From: Patescibacteria group bacterium | Lineage (GTDB): Bacteria; Patescibacteriota; JAHJAL01 | Reading direction: 5' to 3' | DNA length: 64,000 nucleotides | NCBI GenBank assembly: GCA_049322675.1 | Contig: JBMORM010000010.1 | Location: 19,028 to 83,027 of the forward strand | Part shown: one piece after another, positions 28,701 through 37,806 of the stretch | Layout: every line of letters begins with the position of its first letter | How positions within the stretch are numbered: position 1 is the stretch's first letter | Program-made: the position numbers and the translations under genes | The notes under the pieces: generated by a model | Seen by the model: the letters and a program-made list of their open reading frames with translations, nothing else | Databases searched by the model: none | Told to the model about the DNA's origin: nothing

Positions 28701-30055
28701 TCACAATCAATGTTGATAAAAAATGGGATAAAATAATTTTGCCAAAACCGGTTCAGTCAGCAATAATTTCGTCGAGAATAAAAGGAATAACCAGCAAGGG
28801 AAAAGAAATATCTTTGGAAAAAAGTGGAACGACCAATAAGTTTGGTCAAAGAACGGTTATTTTTAACCCCAAGGACAACATTGCCCAACTGAGATATTCC
28901 TGGAAAGAAAATCAGTTTGAGACAAAAATGCTGGAAATTGAAGAATATGATAGTTTTAGAAATAAGTTTATTTGGGAAACTAAAATATCGGATTTGACGT
29001 CGGATATCGCCCCAAAAATGGACGAAAATTTTGGGGAGATTTTGGAAAAAATAGAATTATTATCCCCAAAGGGAAAGGTGGAGGCGATTGAAGAATTTGT
29101 GAAAAAAATTGGCTACTATGACATGAAAAACGCGGAAACACTGGAAGACAAAAATGATATAACCTTGGATGAAAGGTTGATACTGATGAAATCCAGGATG
29201 GATTCATTGAAAAAAAATCCAAAGATGGCCGGCAAATTGGAAAAAAAGTTTGTTGCCGGTGTTTGTGCAGATTATGCTTTGCTGACAGTTGCATTATTGC
29301 GAAAGGCCGGCTTCATGGCCGGATATGCCAGTGGTTTTGACGTGAATGGGAAAGTAGCTACTTCCAAGGAAGCTCATGCTAAAGCATTTGTCCTTTGGCC
29401 GGATAAAGATGGTAACGCCACTTTGCAACTGGTGGACGGCACGCCCGGCGGAATTGATGAAAAACAACAAAATGAAATAGACGGATTTTTGAATATCGAA
29501 ACAATCGAAAAAAAAGAAAAAATAACTGAGCAAAAGAAGGAGAGAAAGATAAAGACAGTTAAAGAAAGAGTGCAAGAGTTGATGTCTTTGCGAGTTGAAG
29601 ATATCGCCAAGATTGATAATGGAGAATTGGAAAAAATATTAAATGATTATCTGGCTCTTGTCACTAAAAAGTCTCATTTCAAAATTGTGGAGCGGGTACT
29701 AAATACCTACTGGTACACCGGTTCCGAAAGAAAGGATATGTCAAATCAAGATATCAAAAGAAAAATTCAATTTTTGTTGTTGGAGGAATTTGGTAAAGAG
29801 TACAATAGTATTTTGGAAAAAGACAAAAAGGTGGCGAGCGGCAAGGAAATGTTTGAGATGGTGGAAACTTTTATCGATAAATTCAAGAAACAAGATAAAG
29901 ATTTGGCTACGAGTCAGGCTTTGGAAAATATAAGAATCATAATTGAAACGGTGCCAAAAGGACTTCTTTCCCGACCGGAAAGAGTGGCGATGGAGATTAT
30001 AGTCAAATATTTGGAAGCAAAGAAGATGAGTAGTCAGTTGGGTCAAAATAAATAA
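25706..30055 (+). CDS. Giant (1449 aa) K/E-rich protein with a C-terminal transglutaminase-like cysteine-protease-fold core
   Basis: KKFVAGVCADYALLTVALLRKAGFMAGYASGFDVNGKVATSKEAHAKAFVLWPDKDGNATLQLVDGTPGG matches the transglutaminase-like core (G-x-C-x-(D/E)-(Y/F)-A...LLRA.GIPAR...HAW.EV..W...DPT, a Cys/His/Asp triad). The rest is coiled-coil and low-complexity sequence, with WG-containing repeats in the centre. Confidence 0.75.
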   Translation: MPGEKHQQINPKNERIEKYLKRSVDRGAYLDKKQVVEAATDVFQREKKLQEDILKSYEAKEISEFDYIVLAKRVFEECDSERGWELLKNLKIENIDPVSLFGHKGVEKHQLLFNEIERQIKGKISKLNSFSDKKAILLRIEYLKALDKIQNRCRENKKEEYQSLDQIPFSTKKAQELYIEINNHYSEYLRLKKLKALDFKDSRSAGVTLAESTLQEFFTPETEPQKVNHSVGVNINSGKKRAKQLRLLRRILDETLNDPEQNWREKQQEFAREVAIDGLQKEIKRSLEKTNPEARLEFDGEKGEFVVYSKKSTDGTDASIAGEKIELIPEKITGYIFYKRNSSKIISVGNSFVINEDGKQIYGFVDTKQHEERNNYYGFGFFHNDDLWIRTNSDPEIELDDNNIIYFDKNYARRDKILFGNNHPDGEKYIFLVQHNGELKKIFGIDVACCDEPSFFDNEFVFTAKTKDEKWHIVKEDGSKITIPNSLIPISKIYKPIDKMVFVAHELDENGQSTGSVIVDTDGNKISQKHDYIDFKGEYIFSEYIYIKKGDPQFNPDGPEEIWGTTSGRLAASGSSIKKIWGVQDRLYWVNGQNEFFTKYTDIKTHKDVVEKLGQYDSSKIEFITRMTKDGANDRIIYPDNIGSIKPGAVGLDFIDSEGKRHILGGDRHFWNVLKVESIQEKCLVVQEHKGKITVYVEGIGDVGGEWDKIYFLKEYENQLLICGRRGDEIVEVAVDLDKKAKLTPEEATKLKLLNLLKKYDWLAYEERSVRKNKSNTYSKSGKEKLAEKSDKLKNDREELKKKILDYFENDSVLREIWQKWDPEKDYRSHSKNFADKITKMVRTSPELFLDYFRAKKDRNVEKLAREMVDFVFKEYEEKIENEPAKKDHWVKGLAKNIISTLLGEKTREQIGSWWQKNSKKSLNKPNLADFFQDSDNIKILGGDPEEKGPGLEVMKFGREYKGFIYDQILGKCDNGKNWSKIDFPATFLLTEPTKETTVTINVDKKWDKIILPKPVQSAIISSRIKGITSKGKEISLEKSGTTNKFGQRTVIFNPKDNIAQLRYSWKENQFETKMLEIEEYDSFRNKFIWETKISDLTSDIAPKMDENFGEILEKIELLSPKGKVEAIEEFVKKIGYYDMKNAETLEDKNDITLDERLILMKSRMDSLKKNPKMAGKLEKKFVAGVCADYALLTVALLRKAGFMAGYASGFDVNGKVATSKEAHAKAFVLWPDKDGNATLQLVDGTPGGIDEKQQNEIDGFLNIETIEKKEKITEQKKERKIKTVKERVQELMSLRVEDIAKIDNGELEKILNDYLALVTKKSHFKIVERVLNTYWYTGSERKDMSNQDIKRKIQFLLLEEFGKEYNSILEKDKKVASGKEMFEMVETFIDKFKKQDKDLATSQALENIRIIIETVPKGLLSRPERVAMEIIVKYLEAKKMSSQLGQNK

Positions 30056-30059
30056 AAAA

Positions 30060-33000
30060 ATGATTGAAAAAATTGATAATGTTTTTGAGAACAATGAAGA
30101 TAATCTGGGAAAAAACTCCTTTGCAGGCCCAACACAAGATGTCCAAAAACAGAAACCCAATGAAGATTTAGTTTGGATGCGAGGGGTAGAAAGTGGATTG
30201 ATCATGATGGATCAAGATTTGAAAGAGATTCAGGAAGGAGAATATTTTGAGAAAAAAAGACAGATCGATCAAAAAGAAAAAGAGATTTTTTGGCAGAGGT
30301 TGGCATCTTTGAATAATCAAGATATCAATGAAGAAAATGTCGGTGATATCTTGGCGATAGCAAAAATTGGTGAGTGTCTGCGCGGCGAACTGATAAATGA
30401 TATTGAGGAAAAATCGGCGAATGAAATGGAATTAAAGAATCAGATTGCTGCTCTTGAAGAAAAAAGAGAAAAAATAAGAAAAAACCATTGGACCAGATTA
30501 ATCCCGATTTCTGACATCGCTTATATTTTTCGACCAAAAGAGAAATTGAGGGAGGTAAATCAAGAGATCAGAAAACAAAAAGATGATTTGTATATTTTAT
30601 CTAGTAGAAAACAAAAGGATAAAGAGTCCTTGGAAAAGATAAATGAGTTTTATCAGAAAAATACACCAGAGAAATTGTTTGCCGCTAAAGCCAAGAAAGA
30701 AATTGGCAAGACAATCGAGGGAGCTTTAAAGTCAATCGAGCAGAAATATGGGGGAAAAATTGAGTCCGACAATCAAATTCTTTGGGATTTGACCAGGCAA
30801 AATTTCAAGAAGGAGATTCTTGCCAACGTGGCTAATTCTTTGTTGGATAAAAAATGGGAGGATGATTATCGTAAAATTTTGGAGGAGGCAATAAAAGAAA
30901 AGGTTAAAAAAATCGATCAGGAAAAAATAGTTTATAACAAAAAGAATTATAGCTTCGATCCTCAAAAGTGGCTATCTCAAGACAGTGATATATTTTTATC
31001 TGATTATGACGATTACGGAGTGAGAAAGGTGGCGGATTGGGATTGGAAAAATTATAGGGGGGTGTTTGACAACGCCCCGATGATCAGAGAAATAATTGAC
31101 GGATTGGCAATAAAAATCACTCGCAAATTAATGGAAGATGAATTTGTTTTTCATCCCCAGCAAACCAAAGAAATTTTGAACAGGATTATTGAACCGGAAA
31201 AGATTTTGCCCTATTTGTTTTTGGGAATCAAGCACAATTGGCTGGAAGGAAACGGATACAAAACGAAAACACATCTTGATTTTTTGACGGAAATAAAAGC
31301 CGATTTGAAAAATAAGAGTAATTTTTATCATGCAATCAAACAAGAGACTTCAGTTTTGAAAGTTGCCGATCGTAAAATAGCATACTCTGATGGAGGGGGC
31401 GATTTGAAGGTGAAATGGAATCAGGGAGATGAGTTTACCAATCAAGATGCCGAGAGATTAAAGTTGTTTTTTGATCCATCGTCTATGTTTAATCACTTGA
31501 GAGGCAAGATTAACGGCAAAAATGATAACGATCCCGACCTTACATTTTTAGTTGCCGACAAACGATGGGTGCAAAGACAGGAAAAGTATTCGCGATTACT
31601 TTTGCAAAAAAACATTACTGCTGATTTGGAAAAAAATATCAAAACTGAAAAAGATTTGGCCGGATTTTATCATGATGAGATTAGTTCTTTGGATAGGTTT
31701 GCCAATAGAATATTTAGTTTGGCAGAGAATAAAGACGAGGGGGATCGGATATTTCAGGATTTTAAAGACGATTTATCGAAAAGGATGAGTTTCGGCGAAG
31801 CTACTTTGAAAGGTTGGAATACGATTTCCGAGAATACAAATCTTGCGAAAGAACAAATTTGGCAGATTTTTTTTGATGGTCTAAAAACTAAAAAAAGTTT
31901 TCCGTTTGATCCGCAAATAGTCGGACGCGAATTGGATATTTTTTCCAAGATGGCGGCGGCAGGATATTGTCAGGAACGGATTTTGTTGGATAAATTTGAG
32001 GAGCAATTGTTGGAGGTGGCTAATTGGGATAATGTTTTAGGTATTTTTAAGATGGTAAAAATAATGCCCGGGCTGGAGAAAGAAACGGTGCAATCATTTT
32101 TTCACAAAGTCTATGATGGCATCAATCACCAAAGACCGTTTGTTAGCTTTGAGGATTGGGTAAAACAATTGGACGAGATGATCAATATGACCGCAATAGA
32201 TAAAGACGGATTGCCCAACTGGGAAATAGATGTAAAAGAATTTGAGGAAAGTAAAGATATTACCCAATATCAACAGATGATATATAAAAAATTTATCTCC
32301 AGTCTTGTATGCAAAATTGATCAAACCCAATCAAACGCGAGGGAAAATGCTCAAATGCTTTCGGAAAAAAGCGGAGTTTCATTGGAAAAAATATACGCCT
32401 GGTTGTTGTCTTTGGAAAACGATGTGAGATTGGAAAACAATCAAATTTTTCAGAATTTGTTGGCTGAAGAAAATGAACAATTTTTAATCAAATTTATTGG
32501 CGAAATATCCGGATGGAAAGAAGACAAATCAGAAAACAGATTAACCGACGAAGAGATAAATGAGAAGATCAAAATATTTTTGACGAAATGCCCCAAAAAA
32601 AATAAAAAATCCATCCTATCGGAGATGGTGAATCTGAGTCGAATGAAAAACCGGGAGAAAAATATCGGACAGACAATGATAGCCTGGATAATAAATAGTG
32701 CTGGTAGAGAAAAGAATTTTAATCCCAATAAATTGTCAACTATTGTCTCCATGTTATCAGTTTGCAAAAGATTACACTGGAATACAGAATTTTTACCACT
32801 CGGACCCGAATACGAAAAATTGTTGAATGAAAGAAAAATGGCAGTCATGACATTGGATTTAAAGGAATTTAATTGGCAGAACATGTCGGATAATATAATT
32901 GAGCAAATGCGAGAATTTTTGGGTCGGGAGAAAGATGAAGTCAGAAATAGTTTGACACAAGAGTTTTTGTACTGTCCCCTGGTGAACAAGAAGATTTATC

Positions 33001-34661
33001 AAGAGATTTTTGGCAATGATATTATTACCACATTTCTTAATTGTTTACCGAAGTCTCCCGACCGACGGGAACAAAGCGACCCAAAAAAGGAAGCATTGAA
33101 TCGGGGTAAATATGATCGAGTAACTCCCTGGCTACAATTGATAAGCAATTATTCCGCCGGACTGACATTGACTGAAACTAGTTGGAAATACTGCGGTGAA
33201 TTTATCAAAAAGTACGGCTTGAATGAAGAGAGATTGTGGTTTGAAACATACCGAGATCTATGGCTAAAGGATAATAATATGGCCGACAAAAATGTATTGG
33301 AGAGGATAAATACAACTGGGTTGCAATCGTTGAAAGACTTGGAAGAAAGCAAGAAAAAAATCGAAGATGGACTAATCGGCGACAAATTTGAACTCGATTT
33401 CACCAAATTGAATAATTTTGAGAAATCAATGTTGGACATTATTTTGGGATTGAGCAGTCATAGTCACAATCAAGGAAAACTTTCTCTAGAAGAAGTAATT
33501 GATAATTTTTTACTGGAGAAAGACAACATTAGAGACCTGACGGAAAAATACAAAATATTTTCTTATGATGTCAAAAAGTTGGGCGAGGCGGCGGAGATGC
33601 CGGCCGAAGATAAAGAAAAATATCTCAATATCATCAGTCAAATTAAAGAATTTAGAAAAACCGATTGGCGAAAAATTTGGTCGGGAATGGTTGGAAAAAT
33701 GACCGGAAAGGAACTAACGCAAGATGAATTCGAGCGAATTGACAACAGGCAAACGTTGATGGATTTGTTGAAATTGATAACCGAGAACAAGACTGAATTC
33801 ACCTATAAATACGAGGCTTTAATCAAAAGAATTATTTGGAATACCGTATTAAAGAAAGATTTTCCGACTGAAGAGATGGCTAGCCAACGTCTGAAGGCGT
33901 TGGGAAATCCGGAGAATATTGAACAGGCTGAATCATTGTTGATAAACAATGTTTTGGAGCATGCAATAATCGGGCATATCGAAGATGGTAGCGAAGGAAA
34001 AAATAGTCTGGGAGAGATATGGGGAGAGGAGTTGGCAACAATCATGTCTCGACCGGAGACGCAAAAATGGTTGGTGGAAATATTTGCCCCCGAAAAAAAT
34101 TTATTGGCGGAATTGCGCACAAAACGAGACCGAATAAAAAAATTATCAGAAATAACCGAGATCAAATTTGTTCCCGGACGGGATTTTTTGGGTAGTGTCG
34201 CCGCATATATCGGCGACGCCTGCTATTCAAAAAAAGTACAGTACATGAGTTCTTATGACGGTATCAAAGGACCATTGGTTATGCCCTATCGCATTATCGT
34301 CAATAGAGAAATAGTAGGTTCGGTTTTGATTTTTGAACTCAAAGACGAAAAGGGAGAAAATGACGCTATGTTGGTGAGAGCTTTTAATATTCCGAAACAT
34401 GCAAAGGATTTTGATATGAACGAACTGATAGAAAATTTCTTGAACGAATTGGAGCCAATAGCCAAAGAAAAAGGATATCGAAAAATTGTTGTACCCGGCA
34501 AGTCGCAATCCGGATCGATCAGTAATTCCGAGGTGATAAAAAATATATTTATAAATACTTATACGAAAGAGGAAAATAAGATAGAATTGAAACAGGAATT
34601 TGATTTCAATGGTTATCCGTTGAAAAATGACTGTTATGTAGCAAGGGAGATTAAAATATGA
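30060..34661 (+). CDS. Giant (1533 aa) K/E-rich hypothetical protein, probably co-transcribed with 25706..30055
   Basis: Uninterrupted ORF that starts 5 nt after the preceding stop. Heavy antisense ORF noise inside is typical of a real AT-rich coding region. No recognisable catalytic motif. Confidence 0.7.
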   Translation: MIEKIDNVFENNEDNLGKNSFAGPTQDVQKQKPNEDLVWMRGVESGLIMMDQDLKEIQEGEYFEKKRQIDQKEKEIFWQRLASLNNQDINEENVGDILAIAKIGECLRGELINDIEEKSANEMELKNQIAALEEKREKIRKNHWTRLIPISDIAYIFRPKEKLREVNQEIRKQKDDLYILSSRKQKDKESLEKINEFYQKNTPEKLFAAKAKKEIGKTIEGALKSIEQKYGGKIESDNQILWDLTRQNFKKEILANVANSLLDKKWEDDYRKILEEAIKEKVKKIDQEKIVYNKKNYSFDPQKWLSQDSDIFLSDYDDYGVRKVADWDWKNYRGVFDNAPMIREIIDGLAIKITRKLMEDEFVFHPQQTKEILNRIIEPEKILPYLFLGIKHNWLEGNGYKTKTHLDFLTEIKADLKNKSNFYHAIKQETSVLKVADRKIAYSDGGGDLKVKWNQGDEFTNQDAERLKLFFDPSSMFNHLRGKINGKNDNDPDLTFLVADKRWVQRQEKYSRLLLQKNITADLEKNIKTEKDLAGFYHDEISSLDRFANRIFSLAENKDEGDRIFQDFKDDLSKRMSFGEATLKGWNTISENTNLAKEQIWQIFFDGLKTKKSFPFDPQIVGRELDIFSKMAAAGYCQERILLDKFEEQLLEVANWDNVLGIFKMVKIMPGLEKETVQSFFHKVYDGINHQRPFVSFEDWVKQLDEMINMTAIDKDGLPNWEIDVKEFEESKDITQYQQMIYKKFISSLVCKIDQTQSNARENAQMLSEKSGVSLEKIYAWLLSLENDVRLENNQIFQNLLAEENEQFLIKFIGEISGWKEDKSENRLTDEEINEKIKIFLTKCPKKNKKSILSEMVNLSRMKNREKNIGQTMIAWIINSAGREKNFNPNKLSTIVSMLSVCKRLHWNTEFLPLGPEYEKLLNERKMAVMTLDLKEFNWQNMSDNIIEQMREFLGREKDEVRNSLTQEFLYCPLVNKKIYQEIFGNDIITTFLNCLPKSPDRREQSDPKKEALNRGKYDRVTPWLQLISNYSAGLTLTETSWKYCGEFIKKYGLNEERLWFETYRDLWLKDNNMADKNVLERINTTGLQSLKDLEESKKKIEDGLIGDKFELDFTKLNNFEKSMLDIILGLSSHSHNQGKLSLEEVIDNFLLEKDNIRDLTEKYKIFSYDVKKLGEAAEMPAEDKEKYLNIISQIKEFRKTDWRKIWSGMVGKMTGKELTQDEFERIDNRQTLMDLLKLITENKTEFTYKYEALIKRIIWNTVLKKDFPTEEMASQRLKALGNPENIEQAESLLINNVLEHAIIGHIEDGSEGKNSLGEIWGEELATIMSRPETQKWLVEIFAPEKNLLAELRTKRDRIKKLSEITEIKFVPGRDFLGSVAAYIGDACYSKKVQYMSSYDGIKGPLVMPYRIIVNREIVGSVLIFELKDEKGENDAMLVRAFNIPKHAKDFDMNELIENFLNELEPIAKEKGYRKIVVPGKSQSGSISNSEVIKNIFINTYTKEENKIELKQEFDFNGYPLKNDCYVAREIKI

Positions 34662-34975
34662 TCATTTTTTTAAATTGGTATTATCGGACTTTGACCGTCG
34701 GACTGGCGGGGATTTTTTTGGATATATTTAGCACGATATCTCAGTCGTTCGCCATATCGATTATGGCCAAACATATTTTTGAACCTCTTTACCAGGATTA
34801 CACTTACGCCGGACGAGTGATCGGATTTTTTATCCGGTCGGGGAGGATAATATTGGGACTGATAGTAGAATTTATTTTTCTGCTTATTATCGGCTTGATC
34901 ATGATTTTATGGGTCTTGCTGCCACTGATTATAATTGGAAAAATAATTTTTATACTTTTTACGATGTGGGGCTAA
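34658..34975 (+). CDS. Small membrane protein (105 aa), translationally coupled (ATGA overlap) to the preceding giant gene
   Basis: The start ATG overlaps the stop of 30060..34661. Two to three hydrophobic helices (TVGLAGIFLDIF..., ILGLIVEFIFLLIIGLIMILWVLLPLIIIGKIIFILF). Confidence 0.5.
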   Translation: MIIFLNWYYRTLTVGLAGIFLDIFSTISQSFAISIMAKHIFEPLYQDYTYAGRVIGFFIRSGRIILGLIVEFIFLLIIGLIMILWVLLPLIIIGKIIFILFTMWG

Positions 34976-34977
34976 AG

Positions 34978-35087
34978 AGCAATTTCCAATTTCCAATTCT
35001 CAATTTCCAAAAAATATTTTGTTGGAATATTGGGAAATTGGTTATTGGAAATTTATTGGAAACTGGAAATTGGTTATTGGAAATTTT
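34978..35087. repeat. AATTTCCAA/TTGGAAATT heptad-repeat dyad element (family 2)
   Basis: caatttccaatttccaattctcaatttccaaaaaatattttgttggaatattgggaaattggttattggaaatttattggaaactggaaattggttattggaaatttt lies immediately upstream of the ClpC-like gene start. Confidence 0.8.
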
Positions 35088-37766
35088 ATGAATAAGTTGA
35101 AGGTTGAACTCATTGATTGTCAAAACTGTGCGGTGAATAACGGCGATAGTAATTGCGTGTATTGCAATGGCAAGCAGTATTTGGCCAAAGCAGGCGGCAT
35201 GATATTGTTTTGGGGGCCAAGTAAAGATCCGACTTTTATCAAATCGCCGGAGTATTTGCGTTTTAAAAAAATGACCAAGACCTTGATGTTTTTTGCCAAT
35301 TTGATCATGTTGATTTTGACGACGGTGATTATGGCGATTACTGCTTTGAAGGGCGGACAGAATTTTGTTTTGGATATTTTGGTAAAAAGTTCGCCGGCCA
35401 CTTTTTTGTGGTGGGTGTTGTCGGGATTACTTTTGATAACAGCTTTCAATTATTTTTATCGGGAAGCAAAAATTAAACCGGTCAGGGATTTTGGACCGGT
35501 ACCGACACACGACAGTTTATTTCGACGCGTGGATATTGCAAAAGCGTTTGACGGGGATTTGGTGACGACTTTGAATTTGGCGATAATATCTGCTCATAAG
35601 GCCAATAAGACCCCAAATATTTGGTGGCTACTTCGAGAATTAATGAGCGACAACAAATTTTTGTGGATGATTGTCAAAATGGAATTAAATCCGCAACTTA
35701 TTTCCGGTTTTGTCGATTTTCGCTTGAACAATTTTGAAAGCCGAGAAAATTGGGAAAAAGATTGGGACAAAGTTTTGCTTGAGGCTTATCTGGAGGGAGC
35801 TCGCATGCGAGCGGACGAGATTTCCTTTAATCATTTGTTTTTGGCCATGATAAAAGCAGATCCGGAAATCGCCCACATATTTGATGAACTGGGGCAATCC
35901 CCACGGGAAATTGAAACAGTTTGTCTATGGCAGGAAAAAATAAATAAACAAATCGCCCGTAATCGGGAATATCGGGAAAAATCTCGTTTCAAGCCGATGG
36001 GGCACATGAATCGGGCCTGGACAGCAGTGCCGACACCGATATTGGATTCTTTTGGTCAGGATTTGACAGCCATGGCCAAATATGAAGCGTTGGAGAGATT
36101 AATCGGAAGGGAAAAGGAAATTTCTCAGACGATGAATGTTTTGGAAAAAATGTCCAAAAATAATGTTTTGTTTATCGGTGAATCCGGGGTGGGAAAATCA
36201 ACGATTGCCAATGGTCTGGCCTACAAAATGGTTTCGGAAGAAGTGCCGGAAATGTTGAAAGACAAGAGATTGATCAATTTGAATATAACTCGTCTTTTTA
36301 GTTCAGCGGGAGACGGGGCGGAAAGATTATTTTTGGGCGCATTGAACGAAGTAATACGGGCCAAAAATGTGATTTTATATATCGATGATTTACATTTGCT
36401 GGCTGGCATCAAGACACGTTCGGGCGGACCGATGGATGCTTTGGCAATTTTGTCGGAAACTTTGAGTAAATATCGGATTCAATTTATCGCTTCCACCAGT
36501 CCGGAAGGTTATTCCAAATATATCAGCACTTATGACCAAATAGTTTCCGAATTGACTTCGATTGAAATACCGGAAGTGGACAATGAAACAGCAATTGCGA
36601 TTTTGGAGGAGGTCACGCATCGGATTGAAAATCAAAATCAGGTGCTAATCACCTATCCGGCGTTGAAAATGGCGGTGGAATTGTCAGCGGATTTGATTAC
36701 CGAGAAAAAATTGCCATCCAAGGCCTATGATCTTTTGACAGAAGCAGCGGTAGTGGCTCGTAATCAAAATAAAAAATTAATGACCAAACAAGATATCATT
36801 AATTTAATGCAGGAAAAAACGCATGTGCCGATTGCCCAGGTAACGACAGAGGAATCAAAATTGTTGCTCAATTTGCACGATGAATTGCACAAACGAGTGA
36901 TCGGTCAGGAATTGGCGGTCAAAGAGGTAGCGGAAGCGATCAAACGGGCAAGAGTAGGATTGAAAGATAAAAGCAAACCGATTGCCTCATTTTTGTTTGT
37001 GGGACCAACCGGAGTGGGAAAAACAGAGCTGGCCAAAGCTTTGGCGGCACTATATTTTGGTGATGAAGAACGAATGATCCGTCTGGACATGAGTGAATAC
37101 CAAGAGGTAAGCGATATCAAAAAAATAATCGGCGCGCCGCCCGGTTCGTCGGAATTCGAGGAAAGAGGTTATCTCACCGAAGCAGTGAAAAAGAATCCAT
37201 TTAGTTTGGTCTTGTTGGACGAGTTGGAAAAAGCTTATCCCAATATTTTGAATCTGTTTTTGCAAGTGTTGGACGAGGGAAAGATCAAGGATAGTCTGGG
37301 ACGGACAGTGAAATTTAATAATACGATTATAATCGCTACCTCCAACGCGGGAACGCCCAAGATTCAGGAAGGGATAAAAAATAATCTGCCTCACGAACAG
37401 ATCGAAGAACAGTTGATGGAAGAATTGAAAAAAGTGTATCGACCGGAGTTTTTGAACCGGTTTGACGGAGTGATCATGTTTGAACCGCTCAAAGTGGAGG
37501 AAATATTACAAATTGCCAAATTGATGATTGCCAAGATAAACAAGTCGTTGGCCAACCAAAAAATCACCGTGGAGGTGATGGATGAGGCTTTAAAATCTTT
37601 TATCGCCGGCGGTTACAATCAAGAGTTTGGCGCCAGGGCGCTGTATCGCACTTTGCAGGACAAGGTAAAAAATGTGATCGCGGAGAAGATGCTGACGGGC
37701 GCACTAAAAGAAGGGATGAAGTTGACCATCGTCAAAGATGGGGAGACGAAGGTGGAGAGGGGGTAA
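35088..37766 (+). CDS. Membrane-anchored ClpC/ClpA-like double-AAA+ ATPase with N-terminal zinc-ribbon and TM helices
   Basis: Start chosen at ATG 35088, because the ORF-track start 35019 runs through the repeat element. The N-terminus has CQNCAVNNGDSNCVYCNGKQY plus 2-3 TM helices. Two Clp_N repeats are present. NBD1 is LIGREKEISQTMNVLEKMSKNNVLFIGESGVGKSTIANGLA. NBD2 is VIGQELAVKEVAEAIKRARVGLKDKSKPIASFLFVGPTGVGKTELAKALA...SEYQE and ...FRPEFLNRFDGVIMFEPL. Confidence 0.85.
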   Translation: MNKLKVELIDCQNCAVNNGDSNCVYCNGKQYLAKAGGMILFWGPSKDPTFIKSPEYLRFKKMTKTLMFFANLIMLILTTVIMAITALKGGQNFVLDILVKSSPATFLWWVLSGLLLITAFNYFYREAKIKPVRDFGPVPTHDSLFRRVDIAKAFDGDLVTTLNLAIISAHKANKTPNIWWLLRELMSDNKFLWMIVKMELNPQLISGFVDFRLNNFESRENWEKDWDKVLLEAYLEGARMRADEISFNHLFLAMIKADPEIAHIFDELGQSPREIETVCLWQEKINKQIARNREYREKSRFKPMGHMNRAWTAVPTPILDSFGQDLTAMAKYEALERLIGREKEISQTMNVLEKMSKNNVLFIGESGVGKSTIANGLAYKMVSEEVPEMLKDKRLINLNITRLFSSAGDGAERLFLGALNEVIRAKNVILYIDDLHLLAGIKTRSGGPMDALAILSETLSKYRIQFIASTSPEGYSKYISTYDQIVSELTSIEIPEVDNETAIAILEEVTHRIENQNQVLITYPALKMAVELSADLITEKKLPSKAYDLLTEAAVVARNQNKKLMTKQDIINLMQEKTHVPIAQVTTEESKLLLNLHDELHKRVIGQELAVKEVAEAIKRARVGLKDKSKPIASFLFVGPTGVGKTELAKALAALYFGDEERMIRLDMSEYQEVSDIKKIIGAPPGSSEFEERGYLTEAVKKNPFSLVLLDELEKAYPNILNLFLQVLDEGKIKDSLGRTVKFNNTIIIATSNAGTPKIQEGIKNNLPHEQIEEQLMEELKKVYRPEFLNRFDGVIMFEPLKVEEILQIAKLMIAKINKSLANQKITVEVMDEALKSFIAGGYNQEFGARALYRTLQDKVKNVIAEKMLTGALKEGMKLTIVKDGETKVERG

Positions 37767-37772
37767 CAAAGA

Positions 37773-37806
37773 CAATTTCCAATTCTCAATTTCCAATTTC
37801 CAAATA
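37773..37806. repeat. Heptad-repeat element (family 2, short)
   Basis: caatttccaattctcaatttccaatttccaaatat. Confidence 0.6.

Noticed and set aside
34978-35087. Regularly repeated GGAAATT/TTCCAA units that might superficially suggest a CRISPR array (also at 42425, 43318, 45583, 59738, 63188)
   Set aside because: The units are 7-9 bp, not 24-48 bp. They are arranged as inverted arms around a central dyad, not as direct repeats with unique spacers. No cas genes are nearby. They recur at many loci as the same element.
35019-35087. ORF-track N-terminal extensions of real genes through repeat DNA (35019 for the Clp gene, 46425..46544 for the exosortase-like gene, 63182..63235 for the ArnT-like gene)
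   Set aside because: The extensions translate heptad and MITE repeats (e.g. MLEYWEIGYWKFIGNWKLVIGNF). Internal Met codons immediately after the repeat give sensible N-termini, so the starts were moved.
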